This document shows positions 15,354 through 25,137 of a stretch of 64,000 nt of DNA, one piece after another (position 1 is the first letter of the stretch; every line of letters begins with the position of its first letter). The translations under genes were made by a program, and so were the position numbers. The DNA comes from Gemmatimonadota bacterium. Lineage in GTDB: Bacteria > Gemmatimonadota > Gemmatimonadetes > Gemmatimonadales > GWC2-71-9. The notes under the pieces were generated by a model. That model did no database searches. It was not told where the DNA came from and saw only the letters and a list, made by a program, of their open reading frames with translations. The stretch is taken from contig JAHECL010000001.1 in assembly GCA_024641745.1 (NCBI GenBank), positions 29,846 through 93,845 of the forward strand, written 5' to 3'.

Positions 15354-17915
15354 CTATTCGTTCCGGAGCGCGTCGAGTGGCGTCCGCCGGAAGAGGTCCA
15401 CCGAACTCCAGATGCCGGTGCCGGCGGTGAGGGCCACCACCCCGACCGCCAGGAGGAGCATCGGCGCGGCCGGCACGGCGAATTGCGTCTCGAAGAGCCA
15501 GTGGGCGAGCGCCCAGGCGCTCCCCAGGGCGAGGACAAGCCCTGTCAGCGCCGCCAGCGTGCCCAGGGCGAGGTACTCCGCCACCGCCACGCGGATCACC
15601 TGTGCCCGGCTGGCGCCCAGGGTCTTGAGCAGGACGGTCTCCCGGAGCCGCTGGGCGCGGCTCGTCGCCAGCGCGCCGAGCAGGACGATCAGCCCTGCCC
15701 CCAGGGTGAAGATCGCCATGAACCGGATGGCGGCGCCCACCTTGCCCAGGATGTCGTCGAGCGCGCGCTGGACGGTGGAGAGGTCGAGCGCCGAGATGTT
15801 GGCGAACCGTTCCACGACGGCCCGCTGGACGAGGCCGCGCTCCGAGGCGCTGTCCACCCGGACCAGCGTCACCAGCGTCTGCGGCGCCCTGTCGAGCACG
15901 CCGGGCCGGAAGACGACGAAGAAGTTGGTCTCGAAGCGGGCCCAGTCGACTTCGCGGAGGCTGGTGACGCGGCTCGGGATCGGCACCCCCTGCACGTCCC
16001 AGGTGATCTCGTCTCCGAGGCTGACCCCCAGTTCCTCGGCCAGCCCTGCCTCGACGGAGATGGACGCTGGCGCACCCGCGGAATCGGATCCCTCCCCCCA
16101 CCAGCGGCCCGCCGTCACCCGTTCACTCGCGACGATCGAGTCGCGATAGGTCGAGCGGTACTCCCGGCGGAGCGCCCAGCCCGCCGGCTGGCCGTCCACG
16201 TCGGTAGTGTCGCGGGAGTAGTCCTGCGCCGTCTTGCCGTTGATGGACTGGATCCGCATCGGGACGATGGGCACCGCCGGCGTGGGATCGAGGCCGCGCG
16301 CCCGGAGGAGCGAATCCACGCCCGCCGCCTGTCCCGGCTGGATGTCGAACAGGATCAGGTTGGCGCGCTTCGAGCCGCCGTCCACCCGGAGCGAGCGGAG
16401 CAGGTTGTGCTGCACCAGCAGGAGCGTGGCGAGGAGGAAGGTGCCGAACCCAAGCGACAGGACCACCGACACCGTCTGGTTGGCCGGCCGGTAGAGGTTG
16501 GCCAGCCCCTGCCGCCAGACGTAGGCCAGCCGGTGCGGAAACCAGCGGCGCAGCGACCGCACGAGGAGGAGGGCGGCTCCCCAGAGGCCGGCGATCGCCA
16601 CCCCGATGCCCCCGGCGAAGGCCAGCCCGCGCGGCAGGCTGTCGGCCTGCACGATGGCCATGAGCACGACGCTCAGCATCAGCGCCACGATGGCGACGGC
16701 GATCCACCGATCGCGCGGCGGACGCCCCGCCGTCTCGTAGGGCCGACGAAGGGTGGCGAGCGGCGAAATCCGGCGGACACCGAGCAGGGGAATGAGCGCG
16801 AATCCCACGGCGGTCCAGAGCCCGAGGCCGATGCCGGTGGCCAGCGCGGGCCAGGAGACCGACGGCGTCACCGTCACCGGAAGGAAGTCGCCGAGTACCC
16901 GGGGCAGCGCCTGTTCGACGCCGAGTCCCAGCGCGGCGCCGAGCATGCTCCCCAGCAACCCGATGCCTGCCGCCTGCACCAGGAAGAGCGCGAACACCGT
17001 CCGGCTGCTCCCGCCGAGGCATCGGAGGACGGCGACCGTCTCCATCTTCTGGCGGATCAGCACATGGATCGCGCTCGCCACGCCGAGTCCGCCGAGCAGC
17101 AGGGCCACGAGGGCGACGAGACCCAGGAAGCGTCCCAGTCGCTCCAGCGCGTTGCCGAGGCTGCGCTGCTCATCCTGGACGGTCCGCACGCGCACCCGCT
17201 CGGGGCGGAGGCGGGGGCGGAGGGAGTCGGCGATCGACTCCACTGCCGCGCCTGCCGGCAGCCGGAGATAGGTGTCATATTCGGCGCGGGCGCCGAACCC
17301 GAGCAGTCCGGTCTCCGGCACCAGCGCCCCGGGGATGAAGACACGTGGTCCGAAGGCGGTGGCGATCCCGACGTCGCCGGGGACGTGATCCACCGTGCCC
17401 GCGATCGGCAGGCGCAACTCGCCCAGCGCGAGGGTATCGCCGACCGAGGCGCCGAGCGCCGTCAGGAACGCCGGATCGACCAGCGCAATGCGTTCCCCCT
17501 GCAATCGCGGCCAGCTGCCCGCTGGAGAGGTGGTGATCTCCCCGAAGAAGGGCCAGGCCCCCTCGACGGCGGTCACCCGGACCAGTCGCACCCCGGTGCG
17601 GGTGGGGATGTATCCCATGGCGCCGAAGGTGGTGACGGTGGCGCGCTCCCGACAGGGCGATCCGCCCGCGCAGGCCAGCGAATCGGCGAGGGCGCGGAGG
17701 GAATCGGTGGGAACCGACCGGGATGACAGGAGCAGGTCGGCGCCGAGGAGTCCCCGCGCCTCGACGGTGATGGCGGACCGCAGATTGGCCGTGAAGGTAT
17801 TGATCGCGACGAGCGCGGCGGTGCCGGTGGCGATGGCGGCCACCAGCAGGAGCAGGCGCCGCCGTGACGCCCGCCCCTCCCTCCACGCCAGGCGCAGCAG
17901 GGCGCGCAGCGTCAC
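15354..17915 (-). CDS. ABC transporter permease, FtsX/MacB-type double module (YbbP-like)
   Basis: 853 aa with ten TM segments in two FtsX-like repeats separated by large periplasmic loops. The GTG start overlaps the stop of the upstream ATPase gene. Confidence 0.85.
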   Translation of the reverse strand: MTLRALLRLAWREGRASRRRLLLLVAAIATGTAALVAINTFTANLRSAITVEARGLLGADLLLSSRSVPTDSLRALADSLACAGGSPCRERATVTTFGAMGYIPTRTGVRLVRVTAVEGAWPFFGEITTSPAGSWPRLQGERIALVDPAFLTALGASVGDTLALGELRLPIAGTVDHVPGDVGIATAFGPRVFIPGALVPETGLLGFGARAEYDTYLRLPAGAAVESIADSLRPRLRPERVRVRTVQDEQRSLGNALERLGRFLGLVALVALLLGGLGVASAIHVLIRQKMETVAVLRCLGGSSRTVFALFLVQAAGIGLLGSMLGAALGLGVEQALPRVLGDFLPVTVTPSVSWPALATGIGLGLWTAVGFALIPLLGVRRISPLATLRRPYETAGRPPRDRWIAVAIVALMLSVVLMAIVQADSLPRGLAFAGGIGVAIAGLWGAALLLVRSLRRWFPHRLAYVWRQGLANLYRPANQTVSVVLSLGFGTFLLATLLLVQHNLLRSLRVDGGSKRANLILFDIQPGQAAGVDSLLRARGLDPTPAVPIVPMRIQSINGKTAQDYSRDTTDVDGQPAGWALRREYRSTYRDSIVASERVTAGRWWGEGSDSAGAPASISVEAGLAEELGVSLGDEITWDVQGVPIPSRVTSLREVDWARFETNFFVVFRPGVLDRAPQTLVTLVRVDSASERGLVQRAVVERFANISALDLSTVQRALDDILGKVGAAIRFMAIFTLGAGLIVLLGALATSRAQRLRETVLLKTLGASRAQVIRVAVAEYLALGTLAALTGLVLALGSAWALAHWLFETQFAVPAAPMLLLAVGVVALTAGTGIWSSVDLFRRTPLDALRNE

Positions 17916-18592
17916 GCGGGGGTGTCCGAGACGAGGCGTCCGTCGGCCAGCCGGAGGATGCGCCGGGCGCGGCCGGCCAGTTCCGGGTCGTGCGTCACCA
18001 GCACGAGGGTCGTGCCGGCCTCCCGGTTGAGGTCGGTCATCAGGTCGATGATCCCGGCGCCGGTGCGCTGGTCGAGGTTGCCGGTCGGCTCGTCGGCGAA
18101 GAGGATCTTCGGACGGGTGCAGAAGGCGCGCGCGAGCGCCACCCGCTGCTGCTCGCCGCCCGACAACTGGGCGGGATAGTGATCGGTTCGGTCGCCGAGT
18201 CCGACCCGCGCGAGCAACTCGCGAGCGCGGCTGGCGTCCGACTCTCCCCGGAGTTCGAGCGGCACCTGCACATTCTCGAGCGCCGTGAGCGTCGGAATCA
18301 GCTGGTACGCCTGGAAGACAAAGCCGACCTTGGCCCCGCGGAGGGCGGCGCGCTGGTCCTCGTCCATCCCGCTCAGTTCCTCCCCGTCCAGCCGGACCGT
18401 CCCGGCGGCCGGCCGGTCGAGCCCGGCCAGCAGCCCCAGCAGCGTGGTCTTGCCGCTGCCGGAAGGCCCGACGATGGCGACGAACTCGCCGGGGGCCACC
18501 TCGAAGCTGATATCTTGCAGGACCGTCAGCATCCCGGTGCCGGATCGGTACGACTGGGTCAGGTTTTCACAGCGCAGCATCTGGACTCCCAT
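17912..18592 (-). CDS. ABC transporter ATP-binding protein (YbbA/LolD-like)
   Basis: Walker A GPSGSGKTT, signature LSGGEQQRVALARA and Walker B ILFADEPTGNLD. Start chosen at the ATG at 18592 (MGVQMLRCENL); 18604 or 18580 are also possible. Confidence 0.88.
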   Translation of the reverse strand: MGVQMLRCENLTQSYRSGTGMLTVLQDISFEVAPGEFVAIVGPSGSGKTTLLGLLAGLDRPAAGTVRLDGEELSGMDEDQRAALRGAKVGFVFQAYQLIPTLTALENVQVPLELRGESDASRARELLARVGLGDRTDHYPAQLSGGEQQRVALARAFCTRPKILFADEPTGNLDQRTGAGIIDLMTDLNREAGTTLVLVTHDPELAGRARRILRLADGRLVSDTPA

Positions 18593-18602
18593 GGCATTCT
18601 GC

Positions 18603-19283
18603 ATGTCCCGAATGATAGCCCACCCCGCCGTCGTGGCCCTGCTGGCCGGGTCGCTCCTCGCCTGTGGTGCCCCTGATACGCCGAGGCCCCCGGACAGTTC
18701 CGTCCCCTCTGCCGAGGCGCCGGTCATCCTGGTGGTCGGGACCAGCCTGACCGCCGGTCTCGGCCTCGACCCTGATGACGCCTATCCGGCGGTGCTGCAG
18801 CGAATGATCGACTCGGCGGGCCTGACCTACCGGGTCGTGAATCGCGGGGTGAGCGGGGAGACGTCGGCGGGGGCGGTGCAGCGGGTGGACTGGCTGATGC
18901 GCCAGCCAGTCGCCGTCCTGATCCTCGAGACGGGGGCCAACGACGGGTTGCGTGGCCTCGAGCCCGATTCCCTGCGCAGCAACCTGCGGACGATCGTCAG
19001 GAGGGTGCGCGAGCAGCGCCCCCGGCCCGCCATTCTCCTGCTCGGCATGGAGGCGCCGCCCAATCTCGGCGCCGCCTATACCAGCCAGTTTCGTGCGGTG
19101 TATGCCGAGGTCGCGCAGGAATTCGGGCTGCCGATCGTTCCCTTCCTCCTTGCCGGGGTGGGCGGCGTGGACTCGCTGAACCAGGCGGACGGGATTCACC
19201 CGACCGCTGCCGGGCAGCGGCAGGTGGCGGCGCTCGTCTGGAAGGCGCTTCGCCCCCTGCTGGCCACGCCGGCAGGTTCCTGA
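18603..19283 (+). CDS. tesA: SGNH/GDSL hydrolase, TesA-like arylesterase / acyl-CoA thioesterase I (lipoprotein signal)
   Basis: ATG at 18603 inside the track ORF 18285..19283. Lipobox LLAC. SGNH blocks GTSLTAG, GVSGET, ETGANDG and DGIHPTAAG. Confidence 0.85.
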   Translation: MSRMIAHPAVVALLAGSLLACGAPDTPRPPDSSVPSAEAPVILVVGTSLTAGLGLDPDDAYPAVLQRMIDSAGLTYRVVNRGVSGETSAGAVQRVDWLMRQPVAVLILETGANDGLRGLEPDSLRSNLRTIVRRVREQRPRPAILLLGMEAPPNLGAAYTSQFRAVYAEVAQEFGLPIVPFLLAGVGGVDSLNQADGIHPTAAGQRQVAALVWKALRPLLATPAGS

Positions 19284-19301
19284 CGGGGCGCGCACCGGAT
19301 G

Positions 19302-20270
19302 TCAGGGGGGGAGCCGGGCCGCCAGCTGGAGGTTCGTGACGGGGACGGCGAGGGTGCCGAACCGGGCCTCCGGCGCGCGGGCGTATCGCAGGTCGATGAA
19401 GTGCACCACCGTGAGGCCGCCGCGGCGGTCGACGACATAGGTGGGGTACCGGGCCCAGGAGAGGAAGGTCGCGGCGGCCGCTGTTGATGCCGCCGCGCTC
19501 ACCGCCGGATCCTCCTCGTCATTTGCGTCGGGCGGCATCCGCTTCGGCCAGTGTCCCGTCCCCTGCAGGTTGCCGCCGGTCCGCATCTCCCCGACCAGGT
19601 ACGCGTCGCCCTCATCCACCACGACATCCCGACGGAACGGCGTGACGGGGACCGGTGATGCGAGTATCCGCTGGACCGGGACGCCGGCGGCCCGCAGTTC
19701 GAAGCGGGCCTGCGAGGCCGTCAGCCTCCCGAGTGCGAACATGCCGGCGGCATAGGTCGTCGCGATCGCGAGGGCTGCCCGCGCAGGGCGGTGCCAGTCG
19801 GTCCGCCCCCGTCGCTCCCACCGGAGGCTCAGGACGACGCCCGTCCCCAGCATCAGCCACGCCCACACATCCACGATGAACAGCGTGTCCCCGTAATACC
19901 ACCGGTCCGAGAACGGCATCAGCCATCGCACGCCATAGGTGTTCAGCAGGTCCAGCAGCGGATGGCTCAGCACGCCGATCGCCGCAAGCAGCACGAGCGG
20001 TCGGAACCGGGCGTGGCGGTGCGACACCAGCCGGTCGTACCCGACCATGAGCCCCGCGAGGAGGAACGGCCAGACCGCGAGGGCCAGGACCCCGTGCGTC
20101 CAGCCGCGGCGGAAGGCGAGCCCTGCGCCGCTGCCCCAGGCCAGGCTGATGGCGTCGACGTCGGGAAGGTTGGCCGCGATGAGCAGGGTCGCGGTGCCGA
20201 GCGCTGATCGCTTCTTCAGGCCGGACTGCGCCAGGGCGGCACCGACCAGCGTATGGCAGAGGTTGTCCAT
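19302..20270 (-). CDS. YdjM-family membrane-bound metal-dependent hydrolase with a C-terminal extracytoplasmic domain
   Basis: Trimmed to the ATG at 20270. MDNLCHTLVGAALAQ ... NLPDVD ... WTHG ... SHPLLDLLN is the typical PF04307-like motif series. Confidence 0.75.
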   Translation of the reverse strand: MDNLCHTLVGAALAQSGLKKRSALGTATLLIAANLPDVDAISLAWGSGAGLAFRRGWTHGVLALAVWPFLLAGLMVGYDRLVSHRHARFRPLVLLAAIGVLSHPLLDLLNTYGVRWLMPFSDRWYYGDTLFIVDVWAWLMLGTGVVLSLRWERRGRTDWHRPARAALAIATTYAAGMFALGRLTASQARFELRAAGVPVQRILASPVPVTPFRRDVVVDEGDAYLVGEMRTGGNLQGTGHWPKRMPPDANDEEDPAVSAAASTAAAATFLSWARYPTYVVDRRGGLTVVHFIDLRYARAPEARFGTLAVPVTNLQLAARLPP

Positions 20271-20278
20271 TGAGGAAG

Positions 20279-22189
20279 TTAGGCGGGGGAAGGAAGGACG
20301 GCCGCCCGGATGCGGCGGCGCTGGCCCGGGGTCAGCATGTCGCGCTCGATGATGCGCTTCACGACGCCGGCCACGAACCCGTACCCGCGGGCGTCGGAGG
20401 TGAGCCAGCGCTGCCATTCGAGCTCGTCCAGCGCAGCGCGGAGGCCGCTCGCCGGGAGTTCGGTCGCGCGGCCGAGGTGCTCCGGCGTCACCCGCCCACC
20501 GAGGGCCGCGGCCGCGGCCAGCGCCTGCTGTGCCGGCCCGGAGAGTCGCCGATAGCCGATCCGGACCGCCGCAACGACGGTGTCGGGCAACTCGCCGGGC
20601 GTCGTCTCGGTGAGCGTGTGAAACGGCTTGGGCCAGGTGCCCGATTCCTGGAGCAGGTCCAGCCCCGACGACACCGCATGCAGGATTTCGACGGCGAGCA
20701 GCGGCACGCCGGCGGAATCAGCCGCCACCCGGCGGGTGAGCCGATCGACGGCTTCTGCGACGTAGTTCGGGAAGACGGCCGCCGCCATCGCGCGCAGCGC
20801 CGCCTCGTCCAGCGGCTCGAGCTCGATGGCATCGCCAGGGATGTCCCGGCGCAGCAGGGTCCGCAACGCGTCCAGGGTCTCGCAGGGCGTGGTCGGTTCG
20901 GCGGTGAACAGCAGCAGCACCGGGGCGTCCGGCAGGTCGCGCGGCAGCGCGGCGAGGCTTTGGAGCGATTCCGGGTCGAGATGATGGCAGTCATCCACCA
21001 CGATGAGCATTGGCTGCTCTTCGACCGCGGCCCGAACCAGCTCGGTGAACGCCCGGGGCAGGGGGGCGGGTTCCACGTCGGCCGCGCCCCGGAACTTGTC
21101 TGCCCATTCGGGGATGTGGGCCGCGAATGCCGCGTGCGCCTCCGCCGGCGCCCCCGCGATCCCGGCGGTCCCGAGCAGCCCACTGCGGCCGAGGGCCAGG
21201 AGGCCGCTCCACGGGGAGGCCCGGTCCGCCTCGACACCGCGGACGGTGAGGACCGCGCCTCCATCCAGCGACACACGGCTCTCGACTTCCTCCGCGAGCC
21301 GGGTCTTCCCGAGCCCCGCGTCCGCCAGCACCACGGTCACTTCGGTCTGGCGGCCTCCGACGCAGCGGCGCCACGACTTCGACAGCCGCTCCATCGCATC
21401 TGCCCGTCCGGCGAGTGGCAGTCGGCGGGTCAGCGCCACGCGTGCTTCCAGGCTCTCCGGTGCGGGGCCCAGCCTGCCGTTCCTGATGCGATCCACGAGG
21501 CCCGACACCGTCACATCAGGCTCAACCCCCAGTCGCTCCTCGAGGGAATGCTTGTGCCCTTCGAAGCGCTGCAGCGCGGCAGCGCGATCGCCCGCGATCG
21601 TCAGGGCCCGCAGCAGCACATTGATGGCGGCTCCCGAGGTCGGCAGCATCGCGTGGGCGCGCTCGCCGAGCCGCACGCTTTCCAGGGTCGCGCCGCTGGA
21701 CAGCGCCAGGTCAGCGGCCTCGACGAGTGCGGTGACCGCGCGGCGTTCCCACTGGGTCCGCTCGGCGGTGAGCCAGTCCTCGAACCCGGATTCTCCCGGG
21801 ACGGCGAACCCTTCCATCAGCGTGCCATCGACCAGGGCCGCCGCGGCCGCCCAGTCCTTCGCGGTTTCGCACGCGGCGAAGGCGTCGAGGTCGAGCGCCA
21901 CCGCGCCAGGTTCGATTCGTATCGAGATGGGGTCGGTGTGAATCGCCCCCTCCCCCAGGGCGCGCCGCAGCACACGCAGCGCCTCGTTGAGCGAGTGCCG
22001 GGCGGCGGATTCCTGACTGGCTCCCCAGAGCAGGCCGGTCAGGTGTTCCCGACTGCGGGTGTGCCGGGGCGAAAGGGCGAGGTAGGCCAGGAGCGCCAGG
22101 TTCTTCTTCCACAACAACTCGGCCGGCGGTGGCGCTCCGTCCACCGTGACCTCGACGGAGCCCAGGAGTCGGAGCGCGATCATCGGCAT
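20279..22189 (-). CDS. SARP/AfsR-type regulator: winged-helix + BTAD + AAA/STAND-like ATPase
   Basis: Trimmed to the ATG at 22189 or 22183 (MPMIALRLLGSVEV). N-terminal OmpR-like wHTH, then a BTAD region (LDLDAF...RALTIAGDRAAALQRFEGHKHSLEERLGVEP). Walker A LADAGLGKTRL and Walker B MLIVVDDCHHLD. The start overlaps the kinase stop. Confidence 0.75.
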   Translation of the reverse strand: MPMIALRLLGSVEVTVDGAPPPAELLWKKNLALLAYLALSPRHTRSREHLTGLLWGASQESAARHSLNEALRVLRRALGEGAIHTDPISIRIEPGAVALDLDAFAACETAKDWAAAAALVDGTLMEGFAVPGESGFEDWLTAERTQWERRAVTALVEAADLALSSGATLESVRLGERAHAMLPTSGAAINVLLRALTIAGDRAAALQRFEGHKHSLEERLGVEPDVTVSGLVDRIRNGRLGPAPESLEARVALTRRLPLAGRADAMERLSKSWRRCVGGRQTEVTVVLADAGLGKTRLAEEVESRVSLDGGAVLTVRGVEADRASPWSGLLALGRSGLLGTAGIAGAPAEAHAAFAAHIPEWADKFRGAADVEPAPLPRAFTELVRAAVEEQPMLIVVDDCHHLDPESLQSLAALPRDLPDAPVLLLFTAEPTTPCETLDALRTLLRRDIPGDAIELEPLDEAALRAMAAAVFPNYVAEAVDRLTRRVAADSAGVPLLAVEILHAVSSGLDLLQESGTWPKPFHTLTETTPGELPDTVVAAVRIGYRRLSGPAQQALAAAAALGGRVTPEHLGRATELPASGLRAALDELEWQRWLTSDARGYGFVAGVVKRIIERDMLTPGQRRRIRAAVLPSPA

Positions 22190-25098
22190 CCCTCCGTGTG
22201 CAGCGACTCCATCCGCTCCCGGGCCGCGGTCAGGGAGGCGTCGGCGTCGTGCCAGAGCTCCCTGACCCTCGTGAGCATGCGACAGGCACGGTCCCGTTCC
22301 CCCGCGGTGAGCAAGAGGCGGGCGTGGTCCACCCGGGCGGCCACACTCGCCACGGCGTCCACTTCCATCTTCTGTGCCTCCCCGGTCGGAAAGCCATAGG
22401 TGTCGGAGTTCTCGTACCAGAGAATCTCGCGCAGCGCCTCGTCTGGCCGGTCCGTTGCCTCGAACCACCGGGCTCGCGACAGGTGCAACAGACTCCGTGC
22501 GAAGATGTCATGACCCGGAATCGGCGAATCCCAGCCGAGCAACTCGGCGGAGCTGGTCAGCGCGGCTCGCGGGTCGTCGGCACCCTGGAGAATCGCCGTG
22601 GCCAGCCGCGCCAGGTGAGCGGTGCTGCTGTCGGCGATGCCGAGACGGGCGAGCGCCGACACCAGGGTGGCCGCGGTCGCCGTATCGCCTCGACGAAGGG
22701 CGTCGAGCGCAAGTGTCCATGTCGCGCGGTCGGGATGCGCGCCCCCGGTCGCCTCAGCCACGAGCCAGCGCCTGGCCGAGGCCTCCTCCGCCTCTCCCGC
22801 GCGGCCTGCGCCAAGCACTGGCAGCATGAGCCGCCATTGATGCCGCTGGAGCGTCGCCTCAGGGGTCTTGAAGAGCGCCGCGGCCGAGTCGATGTAGGCG
22901 AGGCCGGGCGAGACCTGTCCCCAGGTGAGGTGCGCCAGGCCTCTCGCCTCGAGTCCGCTGGCCCGGTCGGTCGAGAGGAGGCGGGACGCCAGGATGGCGC
23001 CGACCTTGTCCTGGCCCTCCGGAGCGTCGAAGGTGGCGCTGAAGCGGAAGAACCTTGCGAGCAGCCGGAGATCCTCGGCGTCGCTGAAATGTTCGAGGTA
23101 CCAGAGCTTCGCCCGCGCCCGCCACGGTACCCAGCGGATGTCGTATCCGAGCTGCAGGAAGGCCACGATGGGGGACTTGACGGTCGCGCGCGCGTTGAGC
23201 CGCTGCCGCTCCGCAAGCCAGCCGCGGGCGGCATCCCGGGCACCGAGGCGTGTCTTGCCCCACACGAGGTGGTCATATGCAGGAAACGGCACGCCGCCCT
23301 GGCTGGTCTGGACCGCTCCCTCGAACCGGTCGAGCGACACGGAGAGGTCGCGCCCGAGCAATGGTCCACGATGGAATTGCTCGCTTGCGTAGAGCAGGAG
23401 GAAAGGGCTGACGTCGGAGTATGCCGCGGCCAGCGCGTCGAACGCGGCGAATCGCCGCACCAGGTTCGGCTCGGCCATCGCCCGGACCAGTCCCGACTCC
23501 AGCGGGGGGAGCTGATCTGCGCAGCAGGCCGCAAGCTGGGCGACATCTTCCCACGAGTATTGGCGCGCCCACACCCTGGCGACCACCATCCGCCAGCGCG
23601 AGAGCACGAACGTCGTGTCGAGCCTGGACGCCGCCAGGAACGACTCCGCGGCCGACTCCCACTCGTCGTCATCGAACAGGGCCTCGCCCCGAAAGAAGAC
23701 CAGGGCGGCCTCGGGGTTGCGACTGGCAAGGTTCCGTGCATCGCCGACGGGGCGGCCGCTCACCTGCGTCCCGATGGCGAGTGCGGCCAGCCGGCCGAGA
23801 TCGCTCGATTGGCTTGTGCTGTTGACCTCGATGGCCGGCAGCGGTGTGCTGCCCGTCGAGTCCGTGATGGTCAGCGTGAGGGTCAGCGTGTTCTCCCTCG
23901 CTTCGATGAGGCCGGTCACCACCCGATCCACATCGAGCGCCTGACGCGCCGCGGCCGGCCCGTCCATCGGGTGCGTCTGTTGCCAGGCCGCTGAGCGCGG
24001 ATAGGACGCCCTGCTCAGTTGCGGGAAGTAGGCGAGGTTGATGTCGGTGGCGGCCGAGACATTCAGGCCGAGTGAGTCATCCGATCCCCCGAACGCGGCA
24101 AAGGGCAGCACGGCGATCGATCGATGATTGCCTGACTTCCTGGGCGGTAACAGGGCGCGGACGACCGCTCCGGCCACCAGGAGCGCCGCCACTCCGACGC
24201 CTGCCAGGAGGAGGCGCCTGCGGCCGTTCTTCTTCCGGTCGAACGCACGCCGCACCGCATCCATCGAGGGCCATCGCTCGGCGGGATCTGCGGCGAGGGC
24301 GCGCTTGAGCACCGACGCCATCGGTCCCGGCACGCCGCGCCAGTCGGCGCTGGATGGGGCCGCAATCGCCTTCCATGGCCGTCCGCATGCCGCCTGGTAC
24401 AGCACCGCGGCACCGGAGTACTGGTCCGACCGCTCCGTCGCGGGTTCCCCGCGCAGCTGCTCGGGGGACATGTAGCCCCGGGTGCCAAGCAGCGACCCTT
24501 CCCCGGTCAGTTCGCGATCATCATGCGTCTCGTCCCGCGCGATGCCGAAGTCACCGAGGAGTGCACGGCCACGGACGAAGAAGATGTTGTGCGGCTTCAC
24601 GTCGCGGTGGATGATGCCGGCCCCGTGCGCGGCGGCGAGGGCCCGGAGCAGGTCGTGGCCGAGCCGGGTCAGGTCGGCCAGGGGGAATGGCCCGGCGGCC
24701 AGCCGATCGGCGAGGGTCTGACCCTCGATGAAGTCCATCACGTAGAAGGGGAGGCCATCGCGCTCGTCGGCACGGTGGACGGGGACGATGTTCGGGTGCT
24801 GCAGCCGGGCGAGGAGTCGCGCCTCCTGGAGGAAGCGCTCCCGCGCGACCGCGGTGGCCAGCTCGGGTCGCAGCACCTTGATGGCGACCTGCCGGTCGAG
24901 CGCCACCTCCCGGGCACGGAACACGATGCCCATGCCTCCGGCGGCGAGTCGGCCGTCCAACTCGAACTCAGGCTCCAGCGCTTGTTGCAGCCGTTCCAGC
25001 AGTGGGTCGTCCAAGCCGCCTCGCCAGGCCACGGGAGTAGTGCAGGCCGAGGGAACGGGGGGAAGCCCTAATGTTGGGTCCGCTGAGGGGCGCGTCAA
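22180..25098 (-). CDS. Membrane Ser/Thr protein kinase with a large extracytoplasmic/TPR-like C-terminal region
   Basis: Hanks kinase motifs GGMGIVFRA, VAIKVL, HRDVKPHNIF, DFGIA and GTRGYMSPEQ. A single TM helix (LLLAGVGVAALLVAGAVV), then SIAVLPFAAFG (TolB-N-like module) and about 600 aa of helical repeats. Confidence 0.9.
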   Translation of the reverse strand: MTRPSADPTLGLPPVPSACTTPVAWRGGLDDPLLERLQQALEPEFELDGRLAAGGMGIVFRAREVALDRQVAIKVLRPELATAVARERFLQEARLLARLQHPNIVPVHRADERDGLPFYVMDFIEGQTLADRLAAGPFPLADLTRLGHDLLRALAAAHGAGIIHRDVKPHNIFFVRGRALLGDFGIARDETHDDRELTGEGSLLGTRGYMSPEQLRGEPATERSDQYSGAAVLYQAACGRPWKAIAAPSSADWRGVPGPMASVLKRALAADPAERWPSMDAVRRAFDRKKNGRRRLLLAGVGVAALLVAGAVVRALLPPRKSGNHRSIAVLPFAAFGGSDDSLGLNVSAATDINLAYFPQLSRASYPRSAAWQQTHPMDGPAAARQALDVDRVVTGLIEARENTLTLTLTITDSTGSTPLPAIEVNSTSQSSDLGRLAALAIGTQVSGRPVGDARNLASRNPEAALVFFRGEALFDDDEWESAAESFLAASRLDTTFVLSRWRMVVARVWARQYSWEDVAQLAACCADQLPPLESGLVRAMAEPNLVRRFAAFDALAAAYSDVSPFLLLYASEQFHRGPLLGRDLSVSLDRFEGAVQTSQGGVPFPAYDHLVWGKTRLGARDAARGWLAERQRLNARATVKSPIVAFLQLGYDIRWVPWRARAKLWYLEHFSDAEDLRLLARFFRFSATFDAPEGQDKVGAILASRLLSTDRASGLEARGLAHLTWGQVSPGLAYIDSAAALFKTPEATLQRHQWRLMLPVLGAGRAGEAEEASARRWLVAEATGGAHPDRATWTLALDALRRGDTATAATLVSALARLGIADSSTAHLARLATAILQGADDPRAALTSSAELLGWDSPIPGHDIFARSLLHLSRARWFEATDRPDEALREILWYENSDTYGFPTGEAQKMEVDAVASVAARVDHARLLLTAGERDRACRMLTRVRELWHDADASLTAARERMESLHTEGCR

Positions 25099-25137
25099 GC
25101 GTGGGGGAGAACGAGGCGGCGCCTCGGGTGCGCTGGC

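Noticed and set aside
15483-17726. 747-aa plus-strand ORF, with similar long ORFs at 22198-23994, 20270-22399, 61973-63562, 58646-60187, 46722-48116 and 25449-26840
   Set aside because: All are antisense or frame-shifted shadows of genes with strong motif support. Their translations are Arg/Pro/Gly/Asp-rich with no recognisable domains.
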